The notes below the pieces were generated by a model, which saw nothing but the letters and a program-made list of their open reading frames with translations, made no database searches and was not told where the DNA came from. A stretch of DNA of 64,000 bases from Candidatus Bathyarchaeia archaeon (GTDB lineage: Archaea; Thermoproteota; Bathyarchaeia; Bathyarchaeales; Bathycorpusculaceae). Location: positions 29,388 to 93,387 of the forward strand of contig JAVZNT010000003.1 in the NCBI GenBank assembly GCA_038882655.1, in the 5' to 3' direction. Both the position numbers and the translations under genes were made by a program. Positions 19,011-28,817 of this stretch are shown in pieces (position 1 is the first letter of the stretch; each line of letters begins with the position of its first letter).

Positions 19011-19385
19011 ATGGCGGAAGAGGAAGACCCCGTTAAACTCCACAAGGATGGAAATACCCTTTACGAGCTTGGCAAATATGAAGAAGCTAAAGGAAAGTTT
19101 TTAAAAGCCTCTGAACTTTACAGGAAGGCAAATAACTTCTTTGATTCCGCCTATGCGCTTTTCAAGGCTGGTGAATGCGCTTTCATGCTGAAGGACTATG
19201 CTGGCGCGGTTGAATATTTCCTGAAGTCTGCAGAGCTCTCATTTCAAAAGGGCTTTGACAGATTCGGCGTCAGCGCTTTGGAGTATGCCAGAGACTGTTA
19301 TAAGGCTTTAGACGAAAAAGAGAAAGTCTCGGAGACTGAGAAGAAGATAAAGGAAGTTAAGGCGAAGCTTGAAGAGTCCTTCTGA
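19011..19385 (+). CDS. Small TPR-like (SNAP-type) repeat protein
   Basis: GNTLYELGKYEEA..F.KA and KAGECAF....YAGA..YFLKSA helical repeats. Confidence 0.75.
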   Translation: MAEEEDPVKLHKDGNTLYELGKYEEAKGKFLKASELYRKANNFFDSAYALFKAGECAFMLKDYAGAVEYFLKSAELSFQKGFDRFGVSALEYARDCYKALDEKEKVSETEKKIKEVKAKLEESF

Positions 19386-19481
19386 GAGTCCGCATCCCCC
19401 TTTTTATCGCACTTCTCTTAAATAAACAATTTTAAATTCCATCAAACCATTTTTAACATGGCAGTATTAAAGTGTGTTATT

Positions 19482-21185
19482 ATGCCTACATCTTTTAAGG
19501 CACTGGCCGAGTTATGCGAGAAACTGGAAGGTATGAGTAGGCGTGTTCCAGCAGTAAACCTTGTAGTGGATTTCCTAAAAAGCCTTGAGCCCAGCGAGGT
19601 TGAGCCTGCGGTTTCGATGATTTTGGGGAGACCTTTTCCAACGTGGAGCCAGCAAACTATTGATGTGAGTTGGGCTACTCTAAGCGAGATTATTAGGCGC
19701 ATTACTGGGGTTAAATGGAGAGTTTTTCTAGAAGCCTTCAATCAGACTGGCGATGTGGGTTCGGCGGCAAAGGTTGTTTTTGAAAGTTGCAAGGTTAAGC
19801 GGCAAGCAGTGCTTTTTGAAAAGCCTTTAACAATTTTGGAGGTTAGACGGAGTTTTGAAGCTATTGCCGAAACCGTTGGGTATGGTTCTAAGGGGAAAAG
19901 GGAACGTTTAATTGAGACCATGCTAAGTTTGGCTTCCCCTCTTGAGGCAAAATATCTGGTTAAAATATTCATTGGTGAGATGCGAACGGGTTTTTATGAG
20001 GGATTGATGGAGCAAGCAGTTTCAAGGGCTTTCCAGATACCGCTTGAAGCCGTTAAAAGGGCGGGGATGATGCTTGGGGATATTGGCACTGTGGCGGCGC
20101 TATTTAAGACTGAGGGTGGGGAGGCGCTGTCAAAGATTGATTTTCAAGTTTTTAGACCCGTAAAGCTTATGCTGGCTCAGATGGCGAATGATGTGGCTGA
20201 GGCGATTAAAGAACATGGTGGGCGAACAGCTTTTGAGCATAAGCTTGACGGCGCTCGTGTTCAAATTCACAAGCAAGGCAATAATGTGCGAATTTTCAGT
20301 CGCAGATTAACAGACGTTACCAAAAGTTTGCCAGAAATAACCGACATCGTGAAAAGGGAGATTAAAGCCTATAACGCCATTATGGAAGGCGAAGTAATAT
20401 CCGTAGATGATGAAGGGCACCCAGTTCCTTTCCAACATCTTATGCGGAGATTTAAAAGAGTTCATGAAATTGAAGACGTGGCCGAAACAATCCCTGTTAA
20501 GCTTTACCTTTTCGACATTTTATATCTAGATGGTGAAAGCCTAATATCTTTGCCCTACCTTCAGCGAAGAAAAATTTTGGCTGAAAATGCTGGTGGGATA
20601 CCTCTAACAAAACAGCTAATTACAAACAGCGTTGACGAGGCTGAAAAATTCCTTAAGGAGGCTATTGACTGTGGACATGAGGGACTAATGGCAAAGAGGT
20701 TAAACAGCGAATACAAACCCGGAATTCGTGGAAAACACTGGTTGAAGATAAAGCCGATCCTTGAACCGTTAGACTTAGCCATTGTTGCCGCAGAGTACGG
20801 TTATGGGCGGAGACGCGAATGGCTTTCAGATTATTATTTGGCTGCTCGCGACGCTGAAACTGGCGAATTTCTAATTGTTGGCAAAACCTTCAAGGGGTTA
20901 ACAGACTCTGAAATTATCGAGATGACCAAGCGCCTAAAAGAACTGACCATAAAAGAAGAGTACCGTAGGGTCTATGTCACTCCAAAAATTGTTGTAGAAG
21001 TAGCCTACAACGAAATTCAGAAGAGCCCAAAATACAAGTGTGGCATGGCACTGCGGTTTGCACGGATAGCCCGCATAAGAGAGGACAAAACACCAGAGGA
21101 AATCGACACCATCCAGAGGGTTAGGGAAATCTATCAGAAACAGTTTTTAAAAAAGGGTAATATAAGACTGCAGAACAGCATTTAA
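19482..21185 (+). CDS. lig: ATP-dependent DNA ligase
   Basis: MLAQ, motif I EHKLDGARVQIH, EGEV, FDILY, EGLMAK, WLKIK, LRFARI. Confidence 0.96.
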   Translation: MPTSFKALAELCEKLEGMSRRVPAVNLVVDFLKSLEPSEVEPAVSMILGRPFPTWSQQTIDVSWATLSEIIRRITGVKWRVFLEAFNQTGDVGSAAKVVFESCKVKRQAVLFEKPLTILEVRRSFEAIAETVGYGSKGKRERLIETMLSLASPLEAKYLVKIFIGEMRTGFYEGLMEQAVSRAFQIPLEAVKRAGMMLGDIGTVAALFKTEGGEALSKIDFQVFRPVKLMLAQMANDVAEAIKEHGGRTAFEHKLDGARVQIHKQGNNVRIFSRRLTDVTKSLPEITDIVKREIKAYNAIMEGEVISVDDEGHPVPFQHLMRRFKRVHEIEDVAETIPVKLYLFDILYLDGESLISLPYLQRRKILAENAGGIPLTKQLITNSVDEAEKFLKEAIDCGHEGLMAKRLNSEYKPGIRGKHWLKIKPILEPLDLAIVAAEYGYGRRREWLSDYYLAARDAETGEFLIVGKTFKGLTDSEIIEMTKRLKELTIKEEYRRVYVTPKIVVEVAYNEIQKSPKYKCGMALRFARIARIREDKTPEEIDTIQRVREIYQKQFLKKGNIRLQNSI

Positions 21186-21217
21186 TATGCCTAATTGCCC
21201 TATAAGGAAGATTTAAA

Positions 21218-22264
21218 ATGGCGAAAACACGAAAGCCTCGCATTCCATATGAGGAATTCTATAGCCGGCAACTCGTTATGAAAGAGCTTGGACGCGATGG
21301 ACAAGAGAAGCTTGCAAGGGCAAAGGTTGCTGTTGTGGGACTTGGTGGGCTTGGCACGGTTTCCTCGCTTTATTTGGCGCTTGCTGGTGTTGGCTACATA
21401 CGCCTAATAGACCAAGACACTGTGGAACCACACAACCTCCACAGACAAGTTTTGTACACGTCAAAGGATTTGCGGTATCCAAAAGCCGAGGTTTCAGCTA
21501 AGAGGCTTATGGGGATAACCCCCTTCGTTAAAGTTGAGGCAATTCCGGAGAACTTAAATGTGGACAACGCTGAAAAACTTTTGAAAAGTGTTGACTGCGT
21601 TGTTGACGGCTTAGATAACATGCGAACACGTTATCTGGTTAATCGCACTTGTATAAAGCTTAAAATTCCATATGTTTTTGGAGCCGCCATAGGAATAGAA
21701 GGTAACCTCTCAGTTTTCGTCCCACCAGAAACCCCATGCCTAGAATGTATCCTGCCAAACCTTGAAGACAGCAACCTACTAACATGCGACGTTAGAGGAG
21801 TTTTAGGCGCAACTCCAGGGATCATTGGAACAATGGAAGCCATGGAAACAATAAAACTCTTGACTGGAATAGGCACGCCATTAAAAGGTAAGCTTATGAT
21901 ATGCGACTTCAGCGACATGTACTTCACAACAATAGACATATACAAAAGGGAAAACTGTCCAGCGTGCCGTGGCGAAGTCACCGCCCAAAAACTAAGGGAA
22001 AAGCTTGTATGGCTATGCGGGAGAAACACTGTCAACATAAACCCAGAAAAACCAACAAGACTCAACCTTGAAAGCCTCTACACAAAAATAAGGCAAATCT
22101 TTAAAGTGCGCGTGAAATCTTCAATGGCAATAGTCTTCACATACAAAGACTATGAAGTAACACTGTTTAACGGCGGACGCATGCTAATAAAAAACATTAA
22201 CAACGAAGAAAAAGCCCACAAGATCTACAGAGAAATAGCCCAAAAAATAGGATTAAACCAATAA
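21218..22264 (+). CDS. ThiF/MoeB (E1-like) adenylyltransferase with C-terminal extension domain
   Basis: YSRQ, VVGLGGLG, D.D.VE..NLHRQ, DGLDN, CxxC...C...CxxC. Confidence 0.92.
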   Translation: MAKTRKPRIPYEEFYSRQLVMKELGRDGQEKLARAKVAVVGLGGLGTVSSLYLALAGVGYIRLIDQDTVEPHNLHRQVLYTSKDLRYPKAEVSAKRLMGITPFVKVEAIPENLNVDNAEKLLKSVDCVVDGLDNMRTRYLVNRTCIKLKIPYVFGAAIGIEGNLSVFVPPETPCLECILPNLEDSNLLTCDVRGVLGATPGIIGTMEAMETIKLLTGIGTPLKGKLMICDFSDMYFTTIDIYKRENCPACRGEVTAQKLREKLVWLCGRNTVNINPEKPTRLNLESLYTKIRQIFKVRVKSSMAIVFTYKDYEVTLFNGGRMLIKNINNEEKAHKIYREIAQKIGLNQ

Positions 22265-22303
22265 AACCTTTATTTGCACGTTAACAAAACTCTATTTAAA
22301 AAT

Positions 22304-22376
22304 GCCGGGGTGGCCGAACGGTTCAGGCGGCTGCCTGCAGAGCAGCTATATGTGGGTTCAACTCCCACCCCCGGCT
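22304..22376 (+). tRNA. tRNA-Cys(GCA), intronless, CCA not encoded
   Basis: Acceptor GCCGGGG/CCCCGGC, anticodon arm GCTGC-CTGCAGA-GCAGC, T-arm GTGGG-TTCAACT-CCCAC. Confidence 0.95.
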
Positions 22377-22384
22377 CTGCACTG
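22355..22384 (+). repeat. Copy 1 of a degenerate direct repeat (tRNA-Cys 3' end), att-like
   Basis: ggttcaactcccacccccggctctgcactg, similar to 27276-27302. Confidence 0.5.
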
Positions 22385-22705
22385 AAGCAACTCACTTAAG
22401 TTTCCTGAAGAACTTTGCTCCATTATGGTCACAAACATATTCAAAACCAGCCTCTACGAGCTCCGTTATCTTCTCATTCGAAGTTGCGACTTTACAAATG
22501 TAATCATCTTTGTGTTTCCAAAGTTTAAAATTGTGTATATTAGTGTGTTCTTAATGTTTTTGCGGTACTCTAAAGTGGTGTTCCGATGTTTAAAAGCAGC
22601 ATTGATGTCGTTAAAGGGAGGCGCATTAGGAAGTCTTCTTTAAAGTCTAATCGGTTAGGGAAAGCTTTTCTAAAAGCATGCGCACTGTTTATATGGTCTG
22701 TCAGC

Positions 22706-25700
22706 ATGCCTGAGGGCTTGAAGGTTGAGCGTTTTCTTCGTCAAGCGGAAAAAATGGAAGGAAAGTATGAGTGGCTGGAAGCTGCTGAGTCCTACAAGAA
22801 AGCGTTGAGTCTGTTGCCGCCACGCGAATTTCTTAAGGTAGGCGACGTGTACGAGCATATAAGCTATGCTTTTTATCGAGCAGCAATGCAATCTGGGAGT
22901 TTAAACGAATTTAGGAGCAGGATGAGCCAAGCTGTTGTTAATTGCGAGCGGGCAAGAGCTTCATATGCTAAGCTGAGCACTGCCAAAAGATTACCTCTGA
23001 TGCTTCGTTGCGATGCCATGGTCGCATTGGCACATTATTGGCTTGGGTCTTCAGTGTCGGAAAGAAAAAAGCATGCGGATGAATGTTGGCAATTGACAAT
23101 AAAAGCTCTCGAATTATTCAAGGAGTCTTCAAACGCTAGAGAATATGGCTTAACTTACAACAGGTTCACAACAAGCGTTCTTTTTGGGTTCTTTGCAGAA
23201 TGGGATTATGAGACCCGAAGAAAAAAAGCTACAGAAGCTATAGAAAGCGGAGAGCAGGCAGTTAAGTTTCTTTCCACACGTGGCAATTCTCGCGAGTTAA
23301 CAACAGCCCTTGTTAAGGTTGCAAGTTTTCGGGAAATGTTTGGTTTCTATTTCCTTGATTTAGAGGCGAGGAAAGAAGAGTATCAGAGAGCTTTAGACTG
23401 TTGGCTTAGAGCTAACGAGCTTTCTGAAGAAACAGCTTACCATGAATTATTGAATTCTTTTGCCATGGTGATGCTTGAAAACCCTGAATGGGAGTGGGGA
23501 ACAGAAAAAACGCTTGCGAATATTAAGAAAGCGTTGAACTACAGTAAAAAAGCGAGAGATAATCTAACAATCGGGCTTGCACTCGATTGGTTGGGTTTTC
23601 ATGCTCTTTTCAATGCAGAAACATGTGAAGATCCAAAACGTAGGGTTGAACTTACTAAGAAGGCCTTGCAATATGCCGAAGATGCTAAACGTAACTATTC
23701 GCGGGTTTGCTTCATCAGTCCACTTTGGGGTCCTTTGTGGGTGGAATCTCCTCTTGCTGGCTTCTATTTCGACCTTGCTGCTTGTGCAACGAATCTTAAC
23801 GAAAGACGCGATTTATTAGAAAAAGCCAGAGATGCATCAATGGAGTTGCTGAATTGTGCTTATGCGTCTACGTATCCAGAAGTCATAATGTATGCACATC
23901 ATGTGTTCAGCGATGTTTTATTCTCATTTGCTCATATGGAAACCAATCCTGACAAGAGGCAGCAGCTCCTAGAAGAAGCTATGACACATTCAGATGAGAC
24001 TGTCAGGATAATCGAGCAGTTTATCCCCTATTACTATTGGAAACGTGGTAAGATGCAGAATTCCTTGGCAGACATCAAGTCTGAACTGTCTGATTTGTAT
24101 AAAGATTTTGAAGTTAAAAAGAGTTTACTTGAGGAAGCTGTGATGGGGAAAGAAAGAACGGTGAAACTTGTTGCAAAGTATGTGAACTTCTGGGAAGGCA
24201 TAGGGCCTATTCCACCATTGGTCGCCAATTTGGCAGAATGGCAATTCCAATACGGAGTCTTGCTAAGTCGCCTCGGCGAGTTCACAAAAAACATTGAATA
24301 TCTGAAAAAAGCTGCCAAAACCTTTGAAGAAGCTGCAGCGTCCTTCATGAAGCTTAACCTATTCAGTTACATAGCTCAGTGCTACTGGAAAAAAGGGCAA
24401 ACCTCCGATGCGTTAGAAGATTACTTGACGGCTGCAGCAGATTTTGATACAGCTTCAAAGTATTTCAGAAGAGCCTCAAAGACAATTCCTCAACTGTCAC
24501 AATTCTATCAAGACTACGCTCGTTACATGCATGCATGGGCTGAGATTGAAAAAGCCAGACACAACCACAAAACACAGGATTATGAGTCAGCCCGGGAGCA
24601 TTTCAAGAAAGCTTCCAAAATTCATAGGCTGTCGAAGCAATGGAGTTACCTTGCTCTAAACTATGAAGCTTGGGCAGAACTGGAAAGCGCTGAGGCTTTG
24701 AGCACAAGAGAGCAAAGTGAAAAAGCCCTCAAAACTTTCACAAATGCCATTGCAATGTTTAATGAGACGAAAAATTCTCTTCAAGCCCAGCTAAGCAGGA
24801 TTAAAGATAGAGATGAAATCCAAATGGTCGCAAGCATTATTAAAGCCGCATCGTTCAGAACAAAATACTGCAGAGGAAGAATGGCCATAGAAGAAGCAAA
24901 GATTCTCGACAGAAAAGGCGACCATTATTCTAGCTCGGAAAAATACAGTTCAGCCGCAGAAAATTTTGAAAAAATAATTCAAAATATGGAATCAGAACAC
25001 TATCGGAACGAACTTGAATTCATTTTAATTCTTTGCCGAGCTTGGCAAAAAATGACGAAAGCTGAAGCGGAAGTTTCCCCTTCGTTGTATATGGAGGCGT
25101 CAGAGTTGTTTGAACAAGCGAAAGAGTTTAGCGTAGACGAAAGGTCCAAAATGCTGGCGTTGGGGCATAGTCACTTCTGCAAGGCGCTTGCATCAGGAAC
25201 AAAATTCGTGGACACAAGAGACAAACGCCTCTACGCTGTCACTTTACAACACCTAGAAATCGCCTCCAACTACTATCTTAAGGCAGGTTTCAAAAACGCT
25301 GTAGAGTACGGAAAAGGCATTGAACTGCTTTTCGAGGCTTATATATACATTAACACCGCTAAGAAAGAGAGAGAACCTGAGAAAAAAGTCAAACTTTTCA
25401 TGATGGCTAAGAAAATTCTGGAATCTTCTGCTGAATCATTTCTGAAGGCGAGGCACTTTGAAAAAAGAGAGCAAGTGCTCAAGTTGATCGAAAAAGTGGC
25501 GGAAGAACGGACATTAGCTCTTTCTCTCACCGAGACATTGCATGCTCCAGCTATTATTACGGCTGCATCTACTTTTCCCACTCCAAGTCCAACCAACGAA
25601 AAAGCTGTAGGCTTAGAACAATTTGAACACGCCAACATACAAGCCTATTTGGTTGCACCCAGAGAAGTAGAGGTTGGAGAGACGTTTGAAGTTAGACTGG

Positions 25701-26329
25701 ATATGACAAATGTCGGCAAAGAGCCCGGGTTGCTTGTTAGAATTGAGGACCTTGTTTCGTCTGTTCTGAAGATTTCTGGAACTATACCAAAATACAATTT
25801 TGATGAAAGCTCGATAGATGTGAAGGGCAAGCAACTTGAACCTCAGAGAATCGAATCCATCCTTCTTCAAGTCACAGCATTAGGAAGCGGCATCACGCAT
25901 CTGAGTCCAAAAATAGTCTACATTGATAGCCGCGGCAACTTTAAGACGTGTCAAGCCAAACCGACCACATTAACAATTTATCCGATTGGCAAATTTCAGT
26001 TTAGAACAGTCAACGCACAAAAAGTATTTGACTATTTAGCTAAAGCCTTCTCTGACGATTATATGAGAAAGCGGATGCCATTGGAAAAGTCAGGTTGGAG
26101 AACGCTCATGCAAATTGTGAAAAATGCGCATGTATCAAAGTCAAGTATATACGGCACAGGAGTTCATCGTGGAGTAGGCATGACTGAACTGGAAAGACGA
26201 GGCGTCGTTGAAGTCAGAATCTTCCCAGAAGAAAGAGGAAGAGGCGGAAAAATCACTAAAGCACGCATAGCTTATGAGAGAGATGTGGTAAAGAGGTACA
26301 TTGACCAGCAGGTTATGAAAATAAAGTAA
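22706..26329 (+). CDS. Very large alpha-solenoid (TPR-like) protein with an Ig-like domain and a C-terminal wHTH-like domain
   Basis: About 1200-aa ORF with repeated A..Y/F..A helices; beta-rich EVEVGETFEVRLDMTNVG segment; C-terminal GWRTLMQIVK...SSIYG...ELERRGVVE...ERGRGG; ATG 22706 preferred over 22586. Confidence 0.75.
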   Translation: MPEGLKVERFLRQAEKMEGKYEWLEAAESYKKALSLLPPREFLKVGDVYEHISYAFYRAAMQSGSLNEFRSRMSQAVVNCERARASYAKLSTAKRLPLMLRCDAMVALAHYWLGSSVSERKKHADECWQLTIKALELFKESSNAREYGLTYNRFTTSVLFGFFAEWDYETRRKKATEAIESGEQAVKFLSTRGNSRELTTALVKVASFREMFGFYFLDLEARKEEYQRALDCWLRANELSEETAYHELLNSFAMVMLENPEWEWGTEKTLANIKKALNYSKKARDNLTIGLALDWLGFHALFNAETCEDPKRRVELTKKALQYAEDAKRNYSRVCFISPLWGPLWVESPLAGFYFDLAACATNLNERRDLLEKARDASMELLNCAYASTYPEVIMYAHHVFSDVLFSFAHMETNPDKRQQLLEEAMTHSDETVRIIEQFIPYYYWKRGKMQNSLADIKSELSDLYKDFEVKKSLLEEAVMGKERTVKLVAKYVNFWEGIGPIPPLVANLAEWQFQYGVLLSRLGEFTKNIEYLKKAAKTFEEAAASFMKLNLFSYIAQCYWKKGQTSDALEDYLTAAADFDTASKYFRRASKTIPQLSQFYQDYARYMHAWAEIEKARHNHKTQDYESAREHFKKASKIHRLSKQWSYLALNYEAWAELESAEALSTREQSEKALKTFTNAIAMFNETKNSLQAQLSRIKDRDEIQMVASIIKAASFRTKYCRGRMAIEEAKILDRKGDHYSSSEKYSSAAENFEKIIQNMESEHYRNELEFILILCRAWQKMTKAEAEVSPSLYMEASELFEQAKEFSVDERSKMLALGHSHFCKALASGTKFVDTRDKRLYAVTLQHLEIASNYYLKAGFKNAVEYGKGIELLFEAYIYINTAKKEREPEKKVKLFMMAKKILESSAESFLKARHFEKREQVLKLIEKVAEERTLALSLTETLHAPAIITAASTFPTPSPTNEKAVGLEQFEHANIQAYLVAPREVEVGETFEVRLDMTNVGKEPGLLVRIEDLVSSVLKISGTIPKYNFDESSIDVKGKQLEPQRIESILLQVTALGSGITHLSPKIVYIDSRGNFKTCQAKPTTLTIYPIGKFQFRTVNAQKVFDYLAKAFSDDYMRKRMPLEKSGWRTLMQIVKNAHVSKSSIYGTGVHRGVGMTELERRGVVEVRIFPEERGRGGKITKARIAYERDVVKRYIDQQVMKIK

Positions 26330-26551
26330 AAATAAAGGTGAACATTCCAGCGCTAAAATGCTGTAATCTCAAAGCCCCAAGTAAATTTGCAGTTTTCAGC
26401 TTTGAATCAAGATCCTCCATTCAAATAGCCATGAAATGACCTGTTTATTATCAAAATAGGCGTTTTTTTACCTTGCATAACATGCAAAAATGCTCTACTA
26501 TTTTTCCTTCTTTTAAATTAAATCAGAAACGGGAAAAGGAGGTGGGATGAT

Positions 26552-27064
26552 ATGAAAGGAAAAATATTACTAGTCATACCCGTTGCACTCTTAGCATTGT
26601 CAATTATTCCAGCGAAGGCGGCTCCTACTTGGTACAATAAAGCTGAAATGGAAATAACAGGCTTTACGTTTATGGGACCTGATCCAGGGGGAAGAGGTCT
26701 CCTATTTGATGTAACTTTTGTTGGAGTTGCTGCTGGACCTAACATCAAAGAGGCAACTGTGGAGGGAGTAGATCATCTTCTCATGGACTGGGAAGGAATT
26801 GGCCATTTAGATGTGTACTTGACGGATACCGACAAACAAGGTGAAAAAATTTCAGCGCATATTACTGGACTCGCTGTGACCAAGACGCCTGGCCGCATTG
26901 TTTTTGAAAATGCACAGGCAACTGTCATCAACACGGCTGGTTATCCTACTACTGGCAAGTATACTGACCTGATTGGCACCACTTTCAATGTTGAAGGCTT
27001 TATTACAGAACTCTCCATCAACCCTCCAAGTGGGTATATACACGCTAAGTGGTGCTGGACCTAA
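26552..27064 (+). CDS. Secreted beta-rich hypothetical protein
   Basis: Signal peptide MKGKILLVIPVALLALSIIPAKA; strong SD GGAGGTG upstream. Confidence 0.8.
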   Translation: MKGKILLVIPVALLALSIIPAKAAPTWYNKAEMEITGFTFMGPDPGGRGLLFDVTFVGVAAGPNIKEATVEGVDHLLMDWEGIGHLDVYLTDTDKQGEKISAHITGLAVTKTPGRIVFENAQATVINTAGYPTTGKYTDLIGTTFNVEGFITELSINPPSGYIHAKWCWT

Positions 27065-27068
27065 ATGA

Positions 27069-27100
27069 AAAGCCATTCAAATTGGCTTTCCTCCTTTTTA
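27069..27100 (+). terminator. Putative terminator: short hairpin plus pyrimidine/T tract
   Basis: AAAGCCA-N7-TGGCTTT followed by CCTCCTTTTT just after the stop codon. Confidence 0.4.
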
Positions 27101-27275
27101 AACGACGCTGAATACAGAGAGGTGAATTGTTCAAAAAGAACGAAGTATATGTCGAAATTCCGTTCTACTTTCTATAAATCCAGCATAATCCACATTCAAA
27201 CAGGATGTCTAATCCTGAAATTTCACTCTTAAAAAGAAAAATGGAAGTTTGCGGGAGATGTCTCCACGCGTTGAT

Positions 27276-27302
27276 GGTTCAACTCCCCCCAACTCTACAC
27301 TG
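27276..27302 (+). repeat. Copy 2 of the degenerate tRNA-Cys 3'-end repeat, att-like remnant
   Basis: ggttcaactccccccaactctacactg: 12-bp exact match plus a 9/10 match to 22355-22384. Confidence 0.5.
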
Positions 27303-27429
27303 CTACCCAAATACGAAAGAAGCTTACCAGTGGTTTCGGCAAAATGTCCATCTTTAACATTTAGGGATAGAATTTTCTTACATAAACGTTTTATGATTAA
27401 ACATTGAATGTGAAGCGGTGACATGAGCT

Positions 27430-28803
27430 TTGGAATATAAATGCTATTGTGGCGCGACCCTGAAATGTTCGCATGATGGAAACTGGTTCTGTCCAAATGG
27501 ACACCCAGTATACACTTGTAAAAAATGCGAAGCGCTTGGAAAGAATACTCCACTTCAATGGGTTTCGCAGTATCAACGATGGTATTGTTATGAATGCAGG
27601 GAATATGCTTCAAAATCAGTTGCGGAAGAAAAAATAGAAGAGGAAGAGGAGGTAGGCGGGGAAGAAGAGGAGTTTCTCGACGAAGAAGAATTTCTTGAAG
27701 AGGAAGAAGAAGTCGAAGTAAGCGGCTACATACTCGGCATACCTAGAGGCAGTAGAGTTGACGAATTCTGTTTCATGTGCAAACATCTGAAATTCACACA
27801 AAATAATACGCACATCAAATGTGGTATGAACATCCCCAGATTCTTGGAACCAGCGATTTCAGAGGTCACCATAAGACCAACAGGCGCAGGCAAGGGGATA
27901 AGCGGTATATGCGCTCAAGCATCTTTCATCTCCGACGAGGACGCCCTATTAACTCTTCAAGAATGGCGAGAATTCATTGAGAAAATAGTTGAAAAGCAGA
28001 TAGAAAATCACGAAGATGAAGCTGAACCCATCGAAATGTACCGAATTGAATTCGTCGGCGCAACCACCGCAGATGGAGGTGCAAACGCCACCAAGGTACC
28101 TGTAAGTCGCGACAGCATTGTTGGTGGCCGAATCACTGTGACAATTGACAGCGAAAATGAGAAAGTTTGGATTCATGCTGGAACTAAAAAGTCCGGTTTT
28201 CTGAGCGGCTTTGCAAAGGTTATAGGAGGCATTGCCGGCTCCATGGAAGACTGTTTCAGTGCGCGATTTCTGAGGGATCTACTAAAACGGGATATAGAAT
28301 CGTTTAGCGTTGAGAAAATATGGGCTGGAGAGGAGCCTCTGGAGTTTTGGCAGGTTTTGGATAGAGGCGCAAGAGAGCTATCTAGTCAGGCATCTGAGCA
28401 TGTGTTAGAACAACCTAAATTTGAAGGTCCTAAGATAGAAATGTACCTGTTAAAGTATCACATGGGAAGGGCATACGGTGAATATTATACTGGAGGCAGA
28501 AGTGATAGCGAAACAAAATCAATAACTATCGAGCCATTAAAAGCATCCGTTGAAGAACTTCAGTCAAAACGCATGGTAATCGTCATAGATCACCAAGCAA
28601 AAATTGTTTGGCACTGGATAGGAGACAAAAGTGCACGCCTAATGAAGTTCTTCGTAAAAAGAATACCCTCAGATGGACAGTCACGGAGGCATCATTTAGG
28701 CATTATTGGAAGTCGAATAGGGCAAAGCATAGACGATTATGACTATGTCGTAGTCGAAGAGAAAAAGGAACCAGAACAGTTCAAGAGGCTTTTCCAAGCT
28801 TAA
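27430..28803 (+). CDS. Zn-ribbon, acidic tract and two gelsolin-like domains
   Basis: Multiple Cys/His pairs, WVSQYQRWYCYEC, poly-E tract; repeats IEMY...I.ID......W...G...(I/V)...E(E/K)P..F. Confidence 0.7.
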   Translation: MEYKCYCGATLKCSHDGNWFCPNGHPVYTCKKCEALGKNTPLQWVSQYQRWYCYECREYASKSVAEEKIEEEEEVGGEEEEFLDEEEFLEEEEEVEVSGYILGIPRGSRVDEFCFMCKHLKFTQNNTHIKCGMNIPRFLEPAISEVTIRPTGAGKGISGICAQASFISDEDALLTLQEWREFIEKIVEKQIENHEDEAEPIEMYRIEFVGATTADGGANATKVPVSRDSIVGGRITVTIDSENEKVWIHAGTKKSGFLSGFAKVIGGIAGSMEDCFSARFLRDLLKRDIESFSVEKIWAGEEPLEFWQVLDRGARELSSQASEHVLEQPKFEGPKIEMYLLKYHMGRAYGEYYTGGRSDSETKSITIEPLKASVEELQSKRMVIVIDHQAKIVWHWIGDKSARLMKFFVKRIPSDGQSRRHHLGIIGSRIGQSIDDYDYVVVEEKKEPEQFKRLFQA

Positions 28804-28817
28804 TGTCTGGGAATTAA

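Noticed and set aside
27209-27613. 134-aa minus-strand ORF
   Set aside because: Overlaps the Zn-ribbon gene antisense and the att-like remnant; no recognisable motif
27625-27720. GAA/GAG tandem-like repeat as a possible array
   Set aside because: It simply encodes the poly-Glu tract; no repeat-spacer structure or CRISPR array was seen in the window
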